From an uncultured Lachnospiraceae bacterium (GTDB lineage Bacteria > Bacillota > Clostridia > Lachnospirales > Lachnospiraceae): a DNA stretch of 64,000 nt. A program made the position numbers and the translations under genes. Shown here piece after piece: positions 1-8,691 of this stretch. Under the pieces are notes generated by a model, which saw only the letters and a program-made list of their open reading frames with translations, had not been told where the DNA came from and ran no database searches. Where the stretch lies: assembly GCA_910586405.1 (NCBI GenBank), contig CAJUII010000006.1, forward strand, positions 2,645 through 66,644, in the 5' to 3' direction. Position 1 is the stretch's first letter. Each line of letters starts with the position of its first letter.

Positions 1-121
1 CGATGCGCTTCGTAAGGACGCTTGTCTTACCGCTTCCTGCTCCCGCAAGAATCAGCACAGGTCCCTCTGTCGTAAATACGCCTTCTCTCTGCTGTTCGTT
101 CAATGTATCATAAAGTCCCAT
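1..121 (-). CDS. pcrA: ATP-dependent DNA helicase PcrA/UvrD, N-terminal fragment (runs off window)
   Basis: Manual translation [40 protein letters not shown] shows the Q motif and Walker A AGAGSGKT of SF1 helicases; AAAGGA upstream. Confidence 0.9.
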   Translation of the reverse strand, partial: MGLYDTLNEQQREGVFTTEGPVLILAGAGSGKTSVLTKRI

Positions 122-207
122 CTTCGAAATCCTTTCCCGCTAAACCAATATAAATAACACAGAAATTATACCATTGAAACCCTGTCGTTGCAATTCTTTT
201 CTTGAAT

Positions 208-236
208 CACCCCGATCTGCTTTCACGCATATGATA
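208..236 (+). promoter_or_regulatory. Putative SigK-type promoter (CACC-N16-CATATGATA)
   Basis: Matches the mACm-N16-CATAnnnTA consensus, 26 bp before the start at 263. Confidence 0.45.
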
Positions 237-262
237 ATCAAAACACCCTATAGAGGATTCGT

Positions 263-1288
263 ATGAAAAAGTTGAAACCACTCTCTATACTTTTGACGTT
301 CGTCCTGCTTAGTTCCATCCTCGTCAGTGGATGCGGAGCGAAGTCCGAGTCCGGCGGACAGACAAAAAAGGTAATACTCAATGAAGTTGCACACTCTATT
401 TTTTATGCGCCTATGTATGTTGCGATTGAGGAAGGCTATTTTGCAGCGGAGGGCATTGATCTTGAGCTTGTCACCGGATATGGCGCAGACAAGACTATGA
501 CAGCACTGCTCACCGGCGAGGCGGATATTGGCTTTATGGGCAGCGAGGCATCGATATACACGTACTTGCAGGGCGCACAGGATTACGCCGTGAACTTTGC
601 CCAGTTGACACAGCGCGCAGGCAATTTTCTTGTGAGCCGCACCCCGATCGATGATTTTAGCTGGGAGAATCTAAAAGGTACCTATGTTCTAGGGGGGCGC
701 AAGGGTGGTATGCCACAGATGGTCTTTGAGTATATTCTCAAAATGAACCAGATCAATCCCGACACAGACCTGACCATCGATACCAGCATCGATTTTGGCT
801 CCACCGCAGCAGCTTTCGCAGGCGCCAAAGAAGGCGACGCTGGTTACGCAGATTTCACCGTTGAGTTTGAGCCGCATGCAACCTCTCTTGAAACCCAACA
901 GAAGGGCTACATAGTTGCCTCTCTCGGCGTTGATTCAGGCTATGTGCCCTACACCGCCTTCAGCGCAAGAAAGAGTTTTATTGACGAAAATCCCGATGTC
1001 CTGCTCTCGTTCACCAAGGCGCTTCAAAAAGGCATGGACTATGTGGCAAACCATTCAGCAGATGAAATAGCAAACGTTATCAAGCCTCAGTTCCCTGAGA
1101 CAGAGCTCGATACAATCACCACCATCGTGACCCGCTACCAGACACAGGACACCTGGAAAGAGGATTTGATCTTCACAGAAGAAAGCTTCACACTTTTGCA
1201 GAATATTCTGATGGAAGCCGGAGAACTCGAAAATTATGTATCCTACAGTGATCTCGTAACCTGCACCTTTGCAGAGAAGGCAAAATAA
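263..1288 (+). CDS. ABC transporter substrate-binding lipoprotein, NMT1/THI5 (YtlA-like)
   Basis: Lipobox VSGC; LNEVAHSIFYAPMYVA and GGRKGGMP motifs. Confidence 0.85.
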   Translation: MKKLKPLSILLTFVLLSSILVSGCGAKSESGGQTKKVILNEVAHSIFYAPMYVAIEEGYFAAEGIDLELVTGYGADKTMTALLTGEADIGFMGSEASIYTYLQGAQDYAVNFAQLTQRAGNFLVSRTPIDDFSWENLKGTYVLGGRKGGMPQMVFEYILKMNQINPDTDLTIDTSIDFGSTAAAFAGAKEGDAGYADFTVEFEPHATSLETQQKGYIVASLGVDSGYVPYTAFSARKSFIDENPDVLLSFTKALQKGMDYVANHSADEIANVIKPQFPETELDTITTIVTRYQTQDTWKEDLIFTEESFTLLQNILMEAGELENYVSYSDLVTCTFAEKAK

Positions 1289-1296
1289 CGCTATAC

Positions 1297-1346
1297 AGTA
1301 ATCAAAAAGACTGTCGGAAAAATTTCTGACAGTCTCTTTGATTACT
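1297..1346. terminator. Bidirectional intrinsic terminator
   Basis: AGTAATCAAAAAGACTGTCGGAAA / TTTCTGACAGTCTCTTTGATTACT between convergent genes. Confidence 0.8.
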
Positions 1347-1371
1347 ACAATATGATTTCAAATGTTATTTA

Positions 1372-2259
1372 TTATCCCACGCACAGCATCATATTTTTCT
1401 CTGTTCTAACGCCAAACAAGCTCACACCGCGCACCGATACATTGTAGACCCCCTGCTGGTTTAGGTCATACCTGCCGGAAATATCAAGCGTGTACTCCCC
1501 AAACTTACAGACATCTCCCGTGGCATTCATCAGTCCAATCGCCTTATAAATATCATATTGAGATGCACCCACTGGCAAACGCAGCACCTCGTCCACGATG
1601 CCGCCAGTCAAATACAATGTCGGACGAATCTGATTCCACGGATTCTTAGGATCGGTATCCGTTGGGTCCCACTTCCTCATAGGATTCTCCGCTGTGAGTT
1701 TCATCTCTGTAGGCTTTCCAAGCGGTCCTGGATTCTCGATATCATCGTACACGACCACCTCTGTCCCCTTCTTGCAATTGTCATAGATCCACTTGGCATC
1801 CGCACAGGTCAGACGCACACAGCCAAGAGATGCATCTTCCCCGAGCAGGTTAAACTGTTCCCACTCCATATTCCCAGCATTTCTGGTGTAATACGGAATC
1901 GAGTGAAACATAATTCCTTTATTAAAACGTACCGCATAATGCCCATACGATCCGTCAACCATCAACCGCCATTGATAGTAGTCACTGGTCTTAAACGTCC
2001 CAAGCGGCGTCTCATGACCTTCCCTGCCGCATGAGCTCACAAACGCCTTGACAGGAATGCTAAATTCCCCATTCGCATCCTTCTCGTATACAGTCACGCA
2101 GTTTGCCGCACGATTGACCATAATCTTATACTCTGGTTTGGTTTCCTTTGCACAGGCTGTCAGTATGCTGCCCTCCATCATCAGACCAAGACACATACAG
2201 AAAGACAGACAAAAAGCTGCAAATCTCCCCACACAAAAAGCCTTCAAATTCCTTCTCAA
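1372..2259 (-). CDS. Secreted L,D-transpeptidase (YkuD family)
   Basis: TPLGTF, GIMFHS and SLGCVRL catalytic His/Cys motifs; signal peptide; TTG start chosen after GGAGGG. Confidence 0.85.
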   Translation of the reverse strand: MRRNLKAFCVGRFAAFCLSFCMCLGLMMEGSILTACAKETKPEYKIMVNRAANCVTVYEKDANGEFSIPVKAFVSSCGREGHETPLGTFKTSDYYQWRLMVDGSYGHYAVRFNKGIMFHSIPYYTRNAGNMEWEQFNLLGEDASLGCVRLTCADAKWIYDNCKKGTEVVVYDDIENPGPLGKPTEMKLTAENPMRKWDPTDTDPKNPWNQIRPTLYLTGGIVDEVLRLPVGASQYDIYKAIGLMNATGDVCKFGEYTLDISGRYDLNQQGVYNVSVRGVSLFGVRTEKNMMLCVG

Positions 2260-2345
2260 CTTTGATTCCCTCCTCTGACCAACAGTTACACAGATTTTTC
2301 CAGATAACGAAGTCCATATTACACTATTTTCCGACAAATTTCAAT

Positions 2346-2372
2346 AAAAAAACACCCTAACGAGTGTTTTTT
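2346..2372 (-). terminator. Putative terminator
   Basis: AAAAAAACAC-CCTAACGA-GTGTTTTTT short hairpin just after the stop at 2382. Confidence 0.5.
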
Positions 2373-2381
2373 AAGAAATTC

Positions 2382-2762
2382 TTATGAAAATGGTACGAAT
2401 CCCGCTCCATTGAGCTGATCTCTTAAGCGGTTCTGCATTCCCATCATGCCGATGGTATCATTCACATAGGACGCATAATTCAATTCACTGCCCTCGTCCT
2501 CTTGTGAAAACATACTTTCCTGCATCTCAAGCATCTCGGCAAAATCATTGCTCACTGCCCCCTTAGGTGCATCAAGCTCCCCGTAATCCTTTACATATAG
2601 ATCTTCTTTCTTCTCCTCAGAAGCAAGGACGAGCGGTCTGCCTGATCTGCCACTGTTCTGCCCAATTCTCTGTACTGCACTCATGCTGTAGGGATTGCCA
2701 TGAATCGAAGAAATCCTGTATCCGTCGAGCCCCGAAAATCCTGCAATTGCTGATATACCCAT
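2382..2762 (-). CDS. Hypothetical protein (126 aa)
   Basis: RBS GAAGGGGGTG, upstream TATAAT, downstream hairpin; no recognisable domain. Confidence 0.7.
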   Translation of the reverse strand: MGISAIAGFSGLDGYRISSIHGNPYSMSAVQRIGQNSGRSGRPLVLASEEKKEDLYVKDYGELDAPKGAVSNDFAEMLEMQESMFSQEDEGSELNYASYVNDTIGMMGMQNRLRDQLNGAGFVPFS

Positions 2763-2844
2763 AGATAAATCACCCCCTTCTTTCATTACAATCCTATTAT
2801 AAAACTATTGTCAGACAATTTCAACAAATTATGTGTATTTTCAT

Positions 2845-3474
2845 TTACTTTTTCGTCTCATCCTTCTGGCCTGTCCTGAACCCATCCACCTTGATCTCGT
2901 CAATCAGCTTCTCGATCAGCTGCTTTTTCATATATACATCAAAGCTTAGAAAGCAGATGAATGAGAACAGCTTCAAAAATTCCCTGTTCTCCTCCGGCGC
3001 GTCCTCAAAGGTTCCCATCGCACGGTCATATTCTGCCATAACCTGCTGCTTGAGTGCTTCAATCTGACCGTATCCAATCTGAAAGACCTCCTCATAGACA
3101 GACTGTATGTCAAATTCCTCACCCTTGTGAAAAAACTTGTCCGTAATGGGTCCAAGCAATGTCTGGATATCACTGATCGATAAAAACCCTTTATAATAGT
3201 AGATAAAAATTAAGATCAGGATATGTTCTCTTGAATATTTCTTTCTGACCGGCGGCGGCAAAAGATCATTCTTCGCATAATTGTTGATCATTGTCTTGGT
3301 CATCACCTTGTCATCGCCGGGATATCTTGTTGTCTTGCGAAAATTTTTGTCCATAAACGTCGTTACCTGGTCCATATAAAGGTCTATGTTTGGAATATCA
3401 GAAGCCTTCACGTAGCTGATTCTGTCAAAACTTTCCATAATACTATTTAACAAATTTTTTGTATCTATATGCAT
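2845..3474 (-). CDS. DUF1836 domain protein (putative DNA-binding)
   Basis: IPNIDLYMDQV and TKTMINNYAK..PP..KKYSREH signature; start uncertain (3474-3495). Confidence 0.85.
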   Translation of the reverse strand: MHIDTKNLLNSIMESFDRISYVKASDIPNIDLYMDQVTTFMDKNFRKTTRYPGDDKVMTKTMINNYAKNDLLPPPVRKKYSREHILILIFIYYYKGFLSISDIQTLLGPITDKFFHKGEEFDIQSVYEEVFQIGYGQIEALKQQVMAEYDRAMGTFEDAPEENREFLKLFSFICFLSFDVYMKKQLIEKLIDEIKVDGFRTGQKDETKK

Positions 3475-3566
3475 ATGCACTACCATACCTTTCATTCTAT
3501 AAGTTGTACATTTTTTCTTATTATATAGTATCCAATACTACTTATCAAGACTATTGACTATTTTTC

Positions 3567-3621
3567 TTTACAGTCCTCTATAAATATGTTAAAATATTTA
3601 AAACTGTAAAACTTTACAGTA
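3567..3621 (+). promoter_or_regulatory. SigA promoter (TTTACA-17-TAAAAT, extended TG) followed by palindromic operator ACTGTAAA-AC-TTTACAGT
   Basis: Read directly; perfect inverted repeat at 3603-3620. Confidence 0.65.
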
Positions 3622-3657
3622 ATGAAGTTCTTAAGTTTTAATTTGGGAGGAAGGACC

Positions 3658-3963
3658 ATGAACAAAAAGATTAAAACTGATTCTGTAGACCATCTGATTG
3701 ACGCACTGCTGTGTCTCAAAACAAAAGAAGAGAGCTATAACTTTCTGGAAGATTTGTGCACCATCAATGAACTGCTCTCCCTCTCTCAGCGTTTTGAAGT
3801 AGCCACCATGCTTCGTGATCATAAAACATATCTGGAAATCGCAGAAAAGACAGGTGCCTCAACTGCAACAATCAGCCGTGTCAACCGCTCCCTAAATTAT
3901 GGAAGCGATGGCTATGAACTGATCTTTGAACGGCTTGCCGCCAAACAAAACGACATCAAGTAG
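3658..3963 (+). CDS. yerC: TrpR-like repressor YerC/YecD (HisR-type)
   Basis: FLEDLCTINEL..LSQR and TGASTATISRVNRSLNYG HTH; GGAGG RBS. Confidence 0.9.
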   Translation: MNKKIKTDSVDHLIDALLCLKTKEESYNFLEDLCTINELLSLSQRFEVATMLRDHKTYLEIAEKTGASTATISRVNRSLNYGSDGYELIFERLAAKQNDIK

Positions 3964-4005
3964 AAAAAAGTACCCGGACTGCACTTCTGTGTCCGGGCGT
4001 TCTTT
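3964..4005. terminator. Bidirectional terminator
   Basis: CCCGGAC...GTCCGGG stem flanked by A and T tracts between convergent genes. Confidence 0.7.
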
Positions 4006-4713
4006 TCAGCCATATGTCTCCATCAAGCTCAGTGGGTCAATAAACTGATCATTCTCTATAATCTGATATCCCAGCGTCTCATGCCCCGCCTCCATCTCAT
4101 AGATCACTGTCATATTTGTGACAGCGTCGCCTTCCTTCACCTTCGGTTTCGTGTCATTTCGATACACTGAGTAGTATCCATTGCCATGATCGACCATCAC
4201 AATATATCCTGCCACATCATCCCCAGCAATCGATGCCACCGCGCCATTTGCCGTTGCAATCGCGCTTGTTCCCTGTGAGGCGTGGAATACCGCGATCGGA
4301 TTGCCGTCGAACTCCGTCTCGCTCTCACTGTAGGACGCAGTGCCCTTCATCGGAAAACCAGTAGGAACATATGATTTTGCAATCTCTGCCTCCCTCTCCT
4401 GCTCCTTCTGCACTTTACCGTTGACCGTATCACTCAGGATCTCAACCTTTTCCTGCAACTCCTCATTTTCTACCAGCATTGCCGCATTCTGCTCAGCGAG
4501 CTCGTCCACCTGTGCCATTAAGTGCAGCGCTGCTGCATTGGATTGATCAAGCTCCCCTGTCAGAATAAAACAGTACGCCAGCGCCGCGATTGTGACAAAG
4601 ACAACTGCCATGAAAAATGTTACCAGTACCCCCAGACTGACGGAAAATCTGACCGCCTCTTTATCTTTGTCTGGAACAAACAGTACATGATAGCGAACTT
4701 TCTCCTTTTTCAT
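4006..4713 (-). CDS. Membrane-anchored coiled-coil protein with degenerate M23/LytM domain
   Basis: TM helix, coiled coil, GYIVMVDHGNGYYSVY...VKEGDAV...IDP pattern; Zn ligands missing; RBS GGGGGAGGT. Confidence 0.8.
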   Translation of the reverse strand: MKKEKVRYHVLFVPDKDKEAVRFSVSLGVLVTFFMAVVFVTIAALAYCFILTGELDQSNAAALHLMAQVDELAEQNAAMLVENEELQEKVEILSDTVNGKVQKEQEREAEIAKSYVPTGFPMKGTASYSESETEFDGNPIAVFHASQGTSAIATANGAVASIAGDDVAGYIVMVDHGNGYYSVYRNDTKPKVKEGDAVTNMTVIYEMEAGHETLGYQIIENDQFIDPLSLMETYG

Positions 4714-4802
4714 CTTGATATTACCTCCCCCGTGACAATATTTTAACATAAAAAATTGCTAAAATAAAGAATAAACAAAAAATAAAAAGACAACATAATG
4801 TA

Positions 4803-4866
4803 TTTACTTTTGAAATATGCTATGCTATTCTATTAATGTTGCGGTGTGGAAACATCACCCGCCGCA
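4803..4866 (+). promoter_or_regulatory. SigA promoter and 5' leader hairpin of cold-shock gene
   Basis: TTTACT-17-TATTCT with TG; TGCGGTG...CGCCGCA hairpin at 4840-4866. Confidence 0.5.
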
Positions 4867-4892
4867 CTGAATATTTTTTGGAGGTATCTATA

Positions 4893-5093
4893 ATGAACAA
4901 AGGTACAGTAAAATGGTTTAACAATCAAAAAGGTTATGGCTTTATCTCTGACGAGGCTGGCAATGATGTATTTGTACATTACTCAGGTCTTTTGATGGAC
5001 GGTTTCAAGTCACTTGATGAGGGTGCCAATGTAGAGTTTGAGGTTGTCAATGGCGAAAAAGGACCACAGGCAGTGAACGTGACCAGAGTATAA
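4893..5093 (+). CDS. cspA: Cold-shock protein (66 aa)
   Basis: GTVKWFN, KGYGFI (RNP1), DVFVHYS (RNP2); GGAGG RBS. Confidence 0.95.
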   Translation: MNKGTVKWFNNQKGYGFISDEAGNDVFVHYSGLLMDGFKSLDEGANVEFEVVNGEKGPQAVNVTRV

Positions 5094-5144
5094 GATTGCT
5101 TATAGATGATATAAAATCAGCGATTGTGTTACGGGATTCAAATG

Positions 5145-5188
5145 TACTAAAAAAGCTTCGTAAATTATCATACGAAGCTTTTTTAGTA
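5145..5188. terminator. Bidirectional terminator overlapping hisA stop
   Basis: TACTAAAAAAGCTTCGTA / TACGAAGCTTTTTTAGTA perfect inverted repeat. Confidence 0.85.
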
Positions 5189-5977
5189 TCTTTTTGCACA
5201 TCTTCTGAGTACTTCATCCAGCACAAGCCCGCCGCCAAAAATGTCCAGCGCGCTCCCGATCGTCACATGAATCCTGTCCCCGCCCAGCGCTCTGAGCAGT
5301 TCGATATCCTCATAGCTGTGCACGCCGCCGGCGTATGTGATGGGAATCCCACCAGGTCTGCTGCCCCACACGCCGAGCTGTCTGACCAGCTCCTCCTCAA
5401 TCCCCTGGCTTTTCCCCTCCACGTCAACCGCATGAATTAGAAATTCATCACAATAGCCGGCAAGCAGTTCAAGTATCCGCTCGTCAACCTTCTCCTGCGT
5501 AAACTTCTGCCAGCGGTCTGTCACAATATAATATCCATCCGCCCGCTTTCTACAGCTCAGATCCAGCACCAAATGCTCTTTGCCAACTGTCTGAGAGAGC
5601 TTCTCTAAGCGATCCATATGGATATGTCCGTCATAAAACACATAGGAGGTCACGATCACGTGAGATGCCCCCGCCTCCAGAAAACAGGCAGCATTCTCTA
5701 TATGGATGCCCCCGCCAACTTGGAGACCTCCAGGGTCCGCGGCAAGCGCGCGCAGCGCCTGTTCTTTGGTACGCTCATAGTAAGGGCTGGACTCAGGATT
5801 GAGCAGAATGATATGTCCTCCCCTGAGTCCCTTTTTCCGATATAGTTCAGCATAATACGCTGCCCCCTTAACCGCTACAAAGTTCTCCTGCGCCTCGTCG
5901 TTTTTATCCACAAGCGAACCGCCCACAATCTGTTTGACCTGCCCGTTGTGTATATCTATACATGGTCGAAATTCCAT
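5183..5977 (-). CDS. hisA: ProFAR isomerase HisA, eukaryotic His6-type
   Basis: FRPCIDIHNGQVKQIVGGSL, LQVGGGI, HAVDVEG, TYAGG, VTIGSALDIFGG. Confidence 0.92.
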   Translation of the reverse strand: MEFRPCIDIHNGQVKQIVGGSLVDKNDEAQENFVAVKGAAYYAELYRKKGLRGGHIILLNPESSPYYERTKEQALRALAADPGGLQVGGGIHIENAACFLEAGASHVIVTSYVFYDGHIHMDRLEKLSQTVGKEHLVLDLSCRKRADGYYIVTDRWQKFTQEKVDERILELLAGYCDEFLIHAVDVEGKSQGIEEELVRQLGVWGSRPGGIPITYAGGVHSYEDIELLRALGGDRIHVTIGSALDIFGGGLVLDEVLRRCAKRY

Positions 5978-6003
5978 CGAACCCTCCGTGTTACTCCATA
6001 AAA

Positions 6004-6759
6004 CTATCCGATAACATCCTTCATGTCATATCTGCCCGCAGGTTTCCCCTTGAGATACTTCGCAGCCTGTACTGCACCCTTTCCAAACAGCGCCTTTGAG
6101 TATGCTCTGTGAGAAAACGTGATCACTTCATCCTCACCTGCAAAGATCACATCATGGTCGCCCACGATCGTTCCGCCCCTCACCGCGCTAATGCCAATTT
6201 CCTTGTCCGTGCGCTTTGCCCGCACCTGGCTTCTGTCATAGACATACTCATACGAGTTGTCAAATTCCTCGTTGATGCTGTCCGCGAGTGCAAGTGCTGT
6301 CCCGCTTGGCGCATCTACCTTGAGATTATGATGTTTTTCTACAATCTCAATATCAAATCCTGCCGGAACCAAGACCTCTGCCGCCTCTTTGAGCAGCTTG
6401 AGCAGCATATTGATGCCGAGGGACATGTTTGCCGATTTGAGCACTGCCACCTTTTTCGAAGCTTCCTCGACATGCGCTAGCTGCGCCTCAGAGAGCCCCG
6501 TCGTACAGAGCACGCAAGGAATCTGTCGCTCCACACAATAGTCCAGCAGCCCATCAACCGCCTGTGATACACAGAAGTCTATCACCACATCCGCTGCAAT
6601 ATCACACGCCGCAATACTGTGAAACACAGGATATGCATTCTTGATATGATCGGATGCATCCACCCCAGCGACAATCTCAATCTCCGGGTCTGAAGCGATG
6701 ATTCCTGTGATCATCTGCCCCATTTTACCGTTGCAGCCATGCATTATCACCTTTGTCAT
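6004..6759 (-). CDS. dapB: 4-hydroxy-tetrahydrodipicolinate reductase
   Basis: GCNGKMG, EKHHNLKVDAPSGTAL, RGGTIVGDH. Confidence 0.95.
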   Translation of the reverse strand: MTKVIMHGCNGKMGQMITGIIASDPEIEIVAGVDASDHIKNAYPVFHSIAACDIAADVVIDFCVSQAVDGLLDYCVERQIPCVLCTTGLSEAQLAHVEEASKKVAVLKSANMSLGINMLLKLLKEAAEVLVPAGFDIEIVEKHHNLKVDAPSGTALALADSINEEFDNSYEYVYDRSQVRAKRTDKEIGISAVRGGTIVGDHDVIFAGEDEVITFSHRAYSKALFGKGAVQAAKYLKGKPAGRYDMKDVIG

Positions 6760-6812
6760 TTTCGTTCTTTCCTCTCTTATCTCATACGCGTGTCATCATG
6801 TGTCCTACTATA

Positions 6813-7700
6813 TCAGAGAATGCCATAGTTTTTCATCGCCTGCTCCAGCTTTGCAGCCGTTGCAGCCTCCATCTCTGTCAGCGGTCTTCTGAGTGTTCCT
6901 GCCTCAAGTCCCATCAGATTCATCGCCTTTTTGACAGGGATCGGATTCACCTCGCTGAACAGAGCGCTGATCAGTTCAATCGCCTCAAGCTGTAATCTGG
7001 CACTCTCCTCCACATTGCCCTCAAAATATTTCGCACAGATATCATGTGTCTGCTGCGGTGCGATATTGGACAGCACAGAGATCACGCCCTTTGCGCCCAG
7101 CGACAGAAACGGCACAATTTGATTGTCATTGCCAGAGTAGACATCTACCTTTCCCTTTGCGAGCGCCATAAGCTTTGCATACTGGATAAAGTTATCTGTC
7201 GCGTCCTTGACACCCACGATGTTTCTCTCCTCCTCGCACAGGGATACGATCGTCTCTGGCAGCAGATTCACGCCGCCGGTTCTACCCGGAATATTGTATA
7301 GAATGATGGGAATCTCAACCGCCTGCGCAATCAGTTTAAAATGCTCCTTTAAGCCCTTCTGTGTCGCCTTATTGTAGTACGGTGTGACCACCAACAGCCC
7401 ATCCGCGCCAACCTTCTGCGCTTCCTTCGAGAGATAGATTGCTGTCTGGGTGCAGTTTGAGCCTGTTCCGGCGATCACCGGCACTCTCTTTGCCACCTGC
7501 TGCACACAGAAACGAATACACTCAATATGCTCCTCGTGTGTCAGTGTTGACGCCTCACCCGTCGTACCGCAGACGATGATCGCATCCGTATTGTTTGAGA
7601 TCTGAAACTCAATCAGCTTTGCAAATGCCTCGTAATTCACTTCTCCGTCTGGTTTCATCGGTGTGACGATGGCAACACCTGCTCCTTTGAATATAGACAT
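6813..7700 (-). CDS. dapA: 4-hydroxy-tetrahydrodipicolinate synthase
   Basis: GTTGE, YNIPGRTG, GVKDA, NPIPVK. Confidence 0.95.
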   Translation of the reverse strand: MSIFKGAGVAIVTPMKPDGEVNYEAFAKLIEFQISNNTDAIIVCGTTGEASTLTHEEHIECIRFCVQQVAKRVPVIAGTGSNCTQTAIYLSKEAQKVGADGLLVVTPYYNKATQKGLKEHFKLIAQAVEIPIILYNIPGRTGGVNLLPETIVSLCEEERNIVGVKDATDNFIQYAKLMALAKGKVDVYSGNDNQIVPFLSLGAKGVISVLSNIAPQQTHDICAKYFEGNVEESARLQLEAIELISALFSEVNPIPVKKAMNLMGLEAGTLRRPLTEMEAATAAKLEQAMKNYGIL

Positions 7701-7766
7701 AATATAATCCTCCTTAAAACTTTAAATTTCATAATAACCATACTACTTTTGGACGACCATGTACAT

Positions 7767-7800
7767 AAAAAAACCGATTATCTACTCAATAGACAGTCGG
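7767..7800 (-). terminator. Riboswitch-controlled terminator
   Basis: CCGACTGTCTA-TTGAG-TAGATAATCGG followed by T7 on the minus strand. Confidence 0.8.
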
Positions 7801-7845
7801 CATCATATGCTTACACCTCCATGCCTGTATCCGCATGGTTCAAAA

Positions 7846-8010
7846 TGATAGCTCTCCATCGATTGATGACAGTCATACAGCTCTTAACCGTATGCCCAAG
7901 CAGCAAACCCTCAGGCGGCTCACCGCTTTCGGCGTCCTTTCCTTTTCCTTCTCCTTAACAGTGCCTGACACCTCATAAAAGGTACTGATAAAGAACGCAA
8001 CCTCTACCTA
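7846..8010 (-). ncRNA. Lysine riboswitch (L-box)
   Basis: AGAGGTTGCG..TCAGTA..GAAAGG..GCCGAA..TTGGG..ACTGTCA..TGGAGAGCTA in canonical order upstream of dapA. Confidence 0.92.
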
Positions 8011-8028
8011 ATTTTCTCTTATTTTATT

Positions 8029-8057
8029 ATTATATATCCTTCGTCATTCGCTGTCAA
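8029..8057 (-). promoter_or_regulatory. Consensus SigA promoter
   Basis: TTGACA-17-TATAAT just upstream of the riboswitch. Confidence 0.85.
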
Positions 8058-8117
8058 CCTGATATATTTCCTTTGGCCGTTTGTGTATAAAACAAAGGAG
8101 CCGCAAAGCTCCTCTGT

Positions 8118-8594
8118 TCACACTGCCTCAATTCTAAAAATCTCATCTGCCAGCTCACAGACCTCTTCATTGAGCTGTATCCCTGTCAGAATGATGTCCA
8201 CATCTTCGCTCCTCGCTTCCAGAATGTGTCTTAAATCCTCGATCGTTATAATACCATTATCGATCAATCCAAGCACCTCATCCAAAATCAAAAGGCCGCA
8301 TTCACCCGTCGTGAGAACCTTCTTGGCAAAGTTCAGACCATTTTTGATATTATGGATCTCCTCCTGTTTATGCTTCTCAGAAAGCTGTGCAAACTCCTCC
8401 TCGCTCTTCTCAAATCGGAAAATTTTGATCTCCGGCTCCATCCGTTTCAGAAATGCCTCACTCTGATATCCTTTGAGGAAATTGATGATCACCACATCTC
8501 TGCCTGTGCTTGCGACCTGTATCGCTCTGCCAAGGGCAGCGGCAGATTTACCGTGACCTTCCCCACTGTATACCTGTATTAAACCTTTTTCCAT
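8118..8594 (-). CDS. cobO: Cob(I)alamin adenosyltransferase CobO/BtuR family
   Basis: GLIQVYSGEGHGKSAAALG, LLILDEV, IILTG. Confidence 0.85.
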   Translation of the reverse strand: MEKGLIQVYSGEGHGKSAAALGRAIQVASTGRDVVIINFLKGYQSEAFLKRMEPEIKIFRFEKSEEEFAQLSEKHKQEEIHNIKNGLNFAKKVLTTGECGLLILDEVLGLIDNGIITIEDLRHILEARSEDVDIILTGIQLNEEVCELADEIFRIEAV

Positions 8595-8691
8595 TGCTCT
8601 ATACCTTATGTCCTTTCCAGATATGAACATTCATTACTTCGAACATGATAGCATAACAAATAGGATTTTGCAAGTTCCTTTTATGTTTGGC

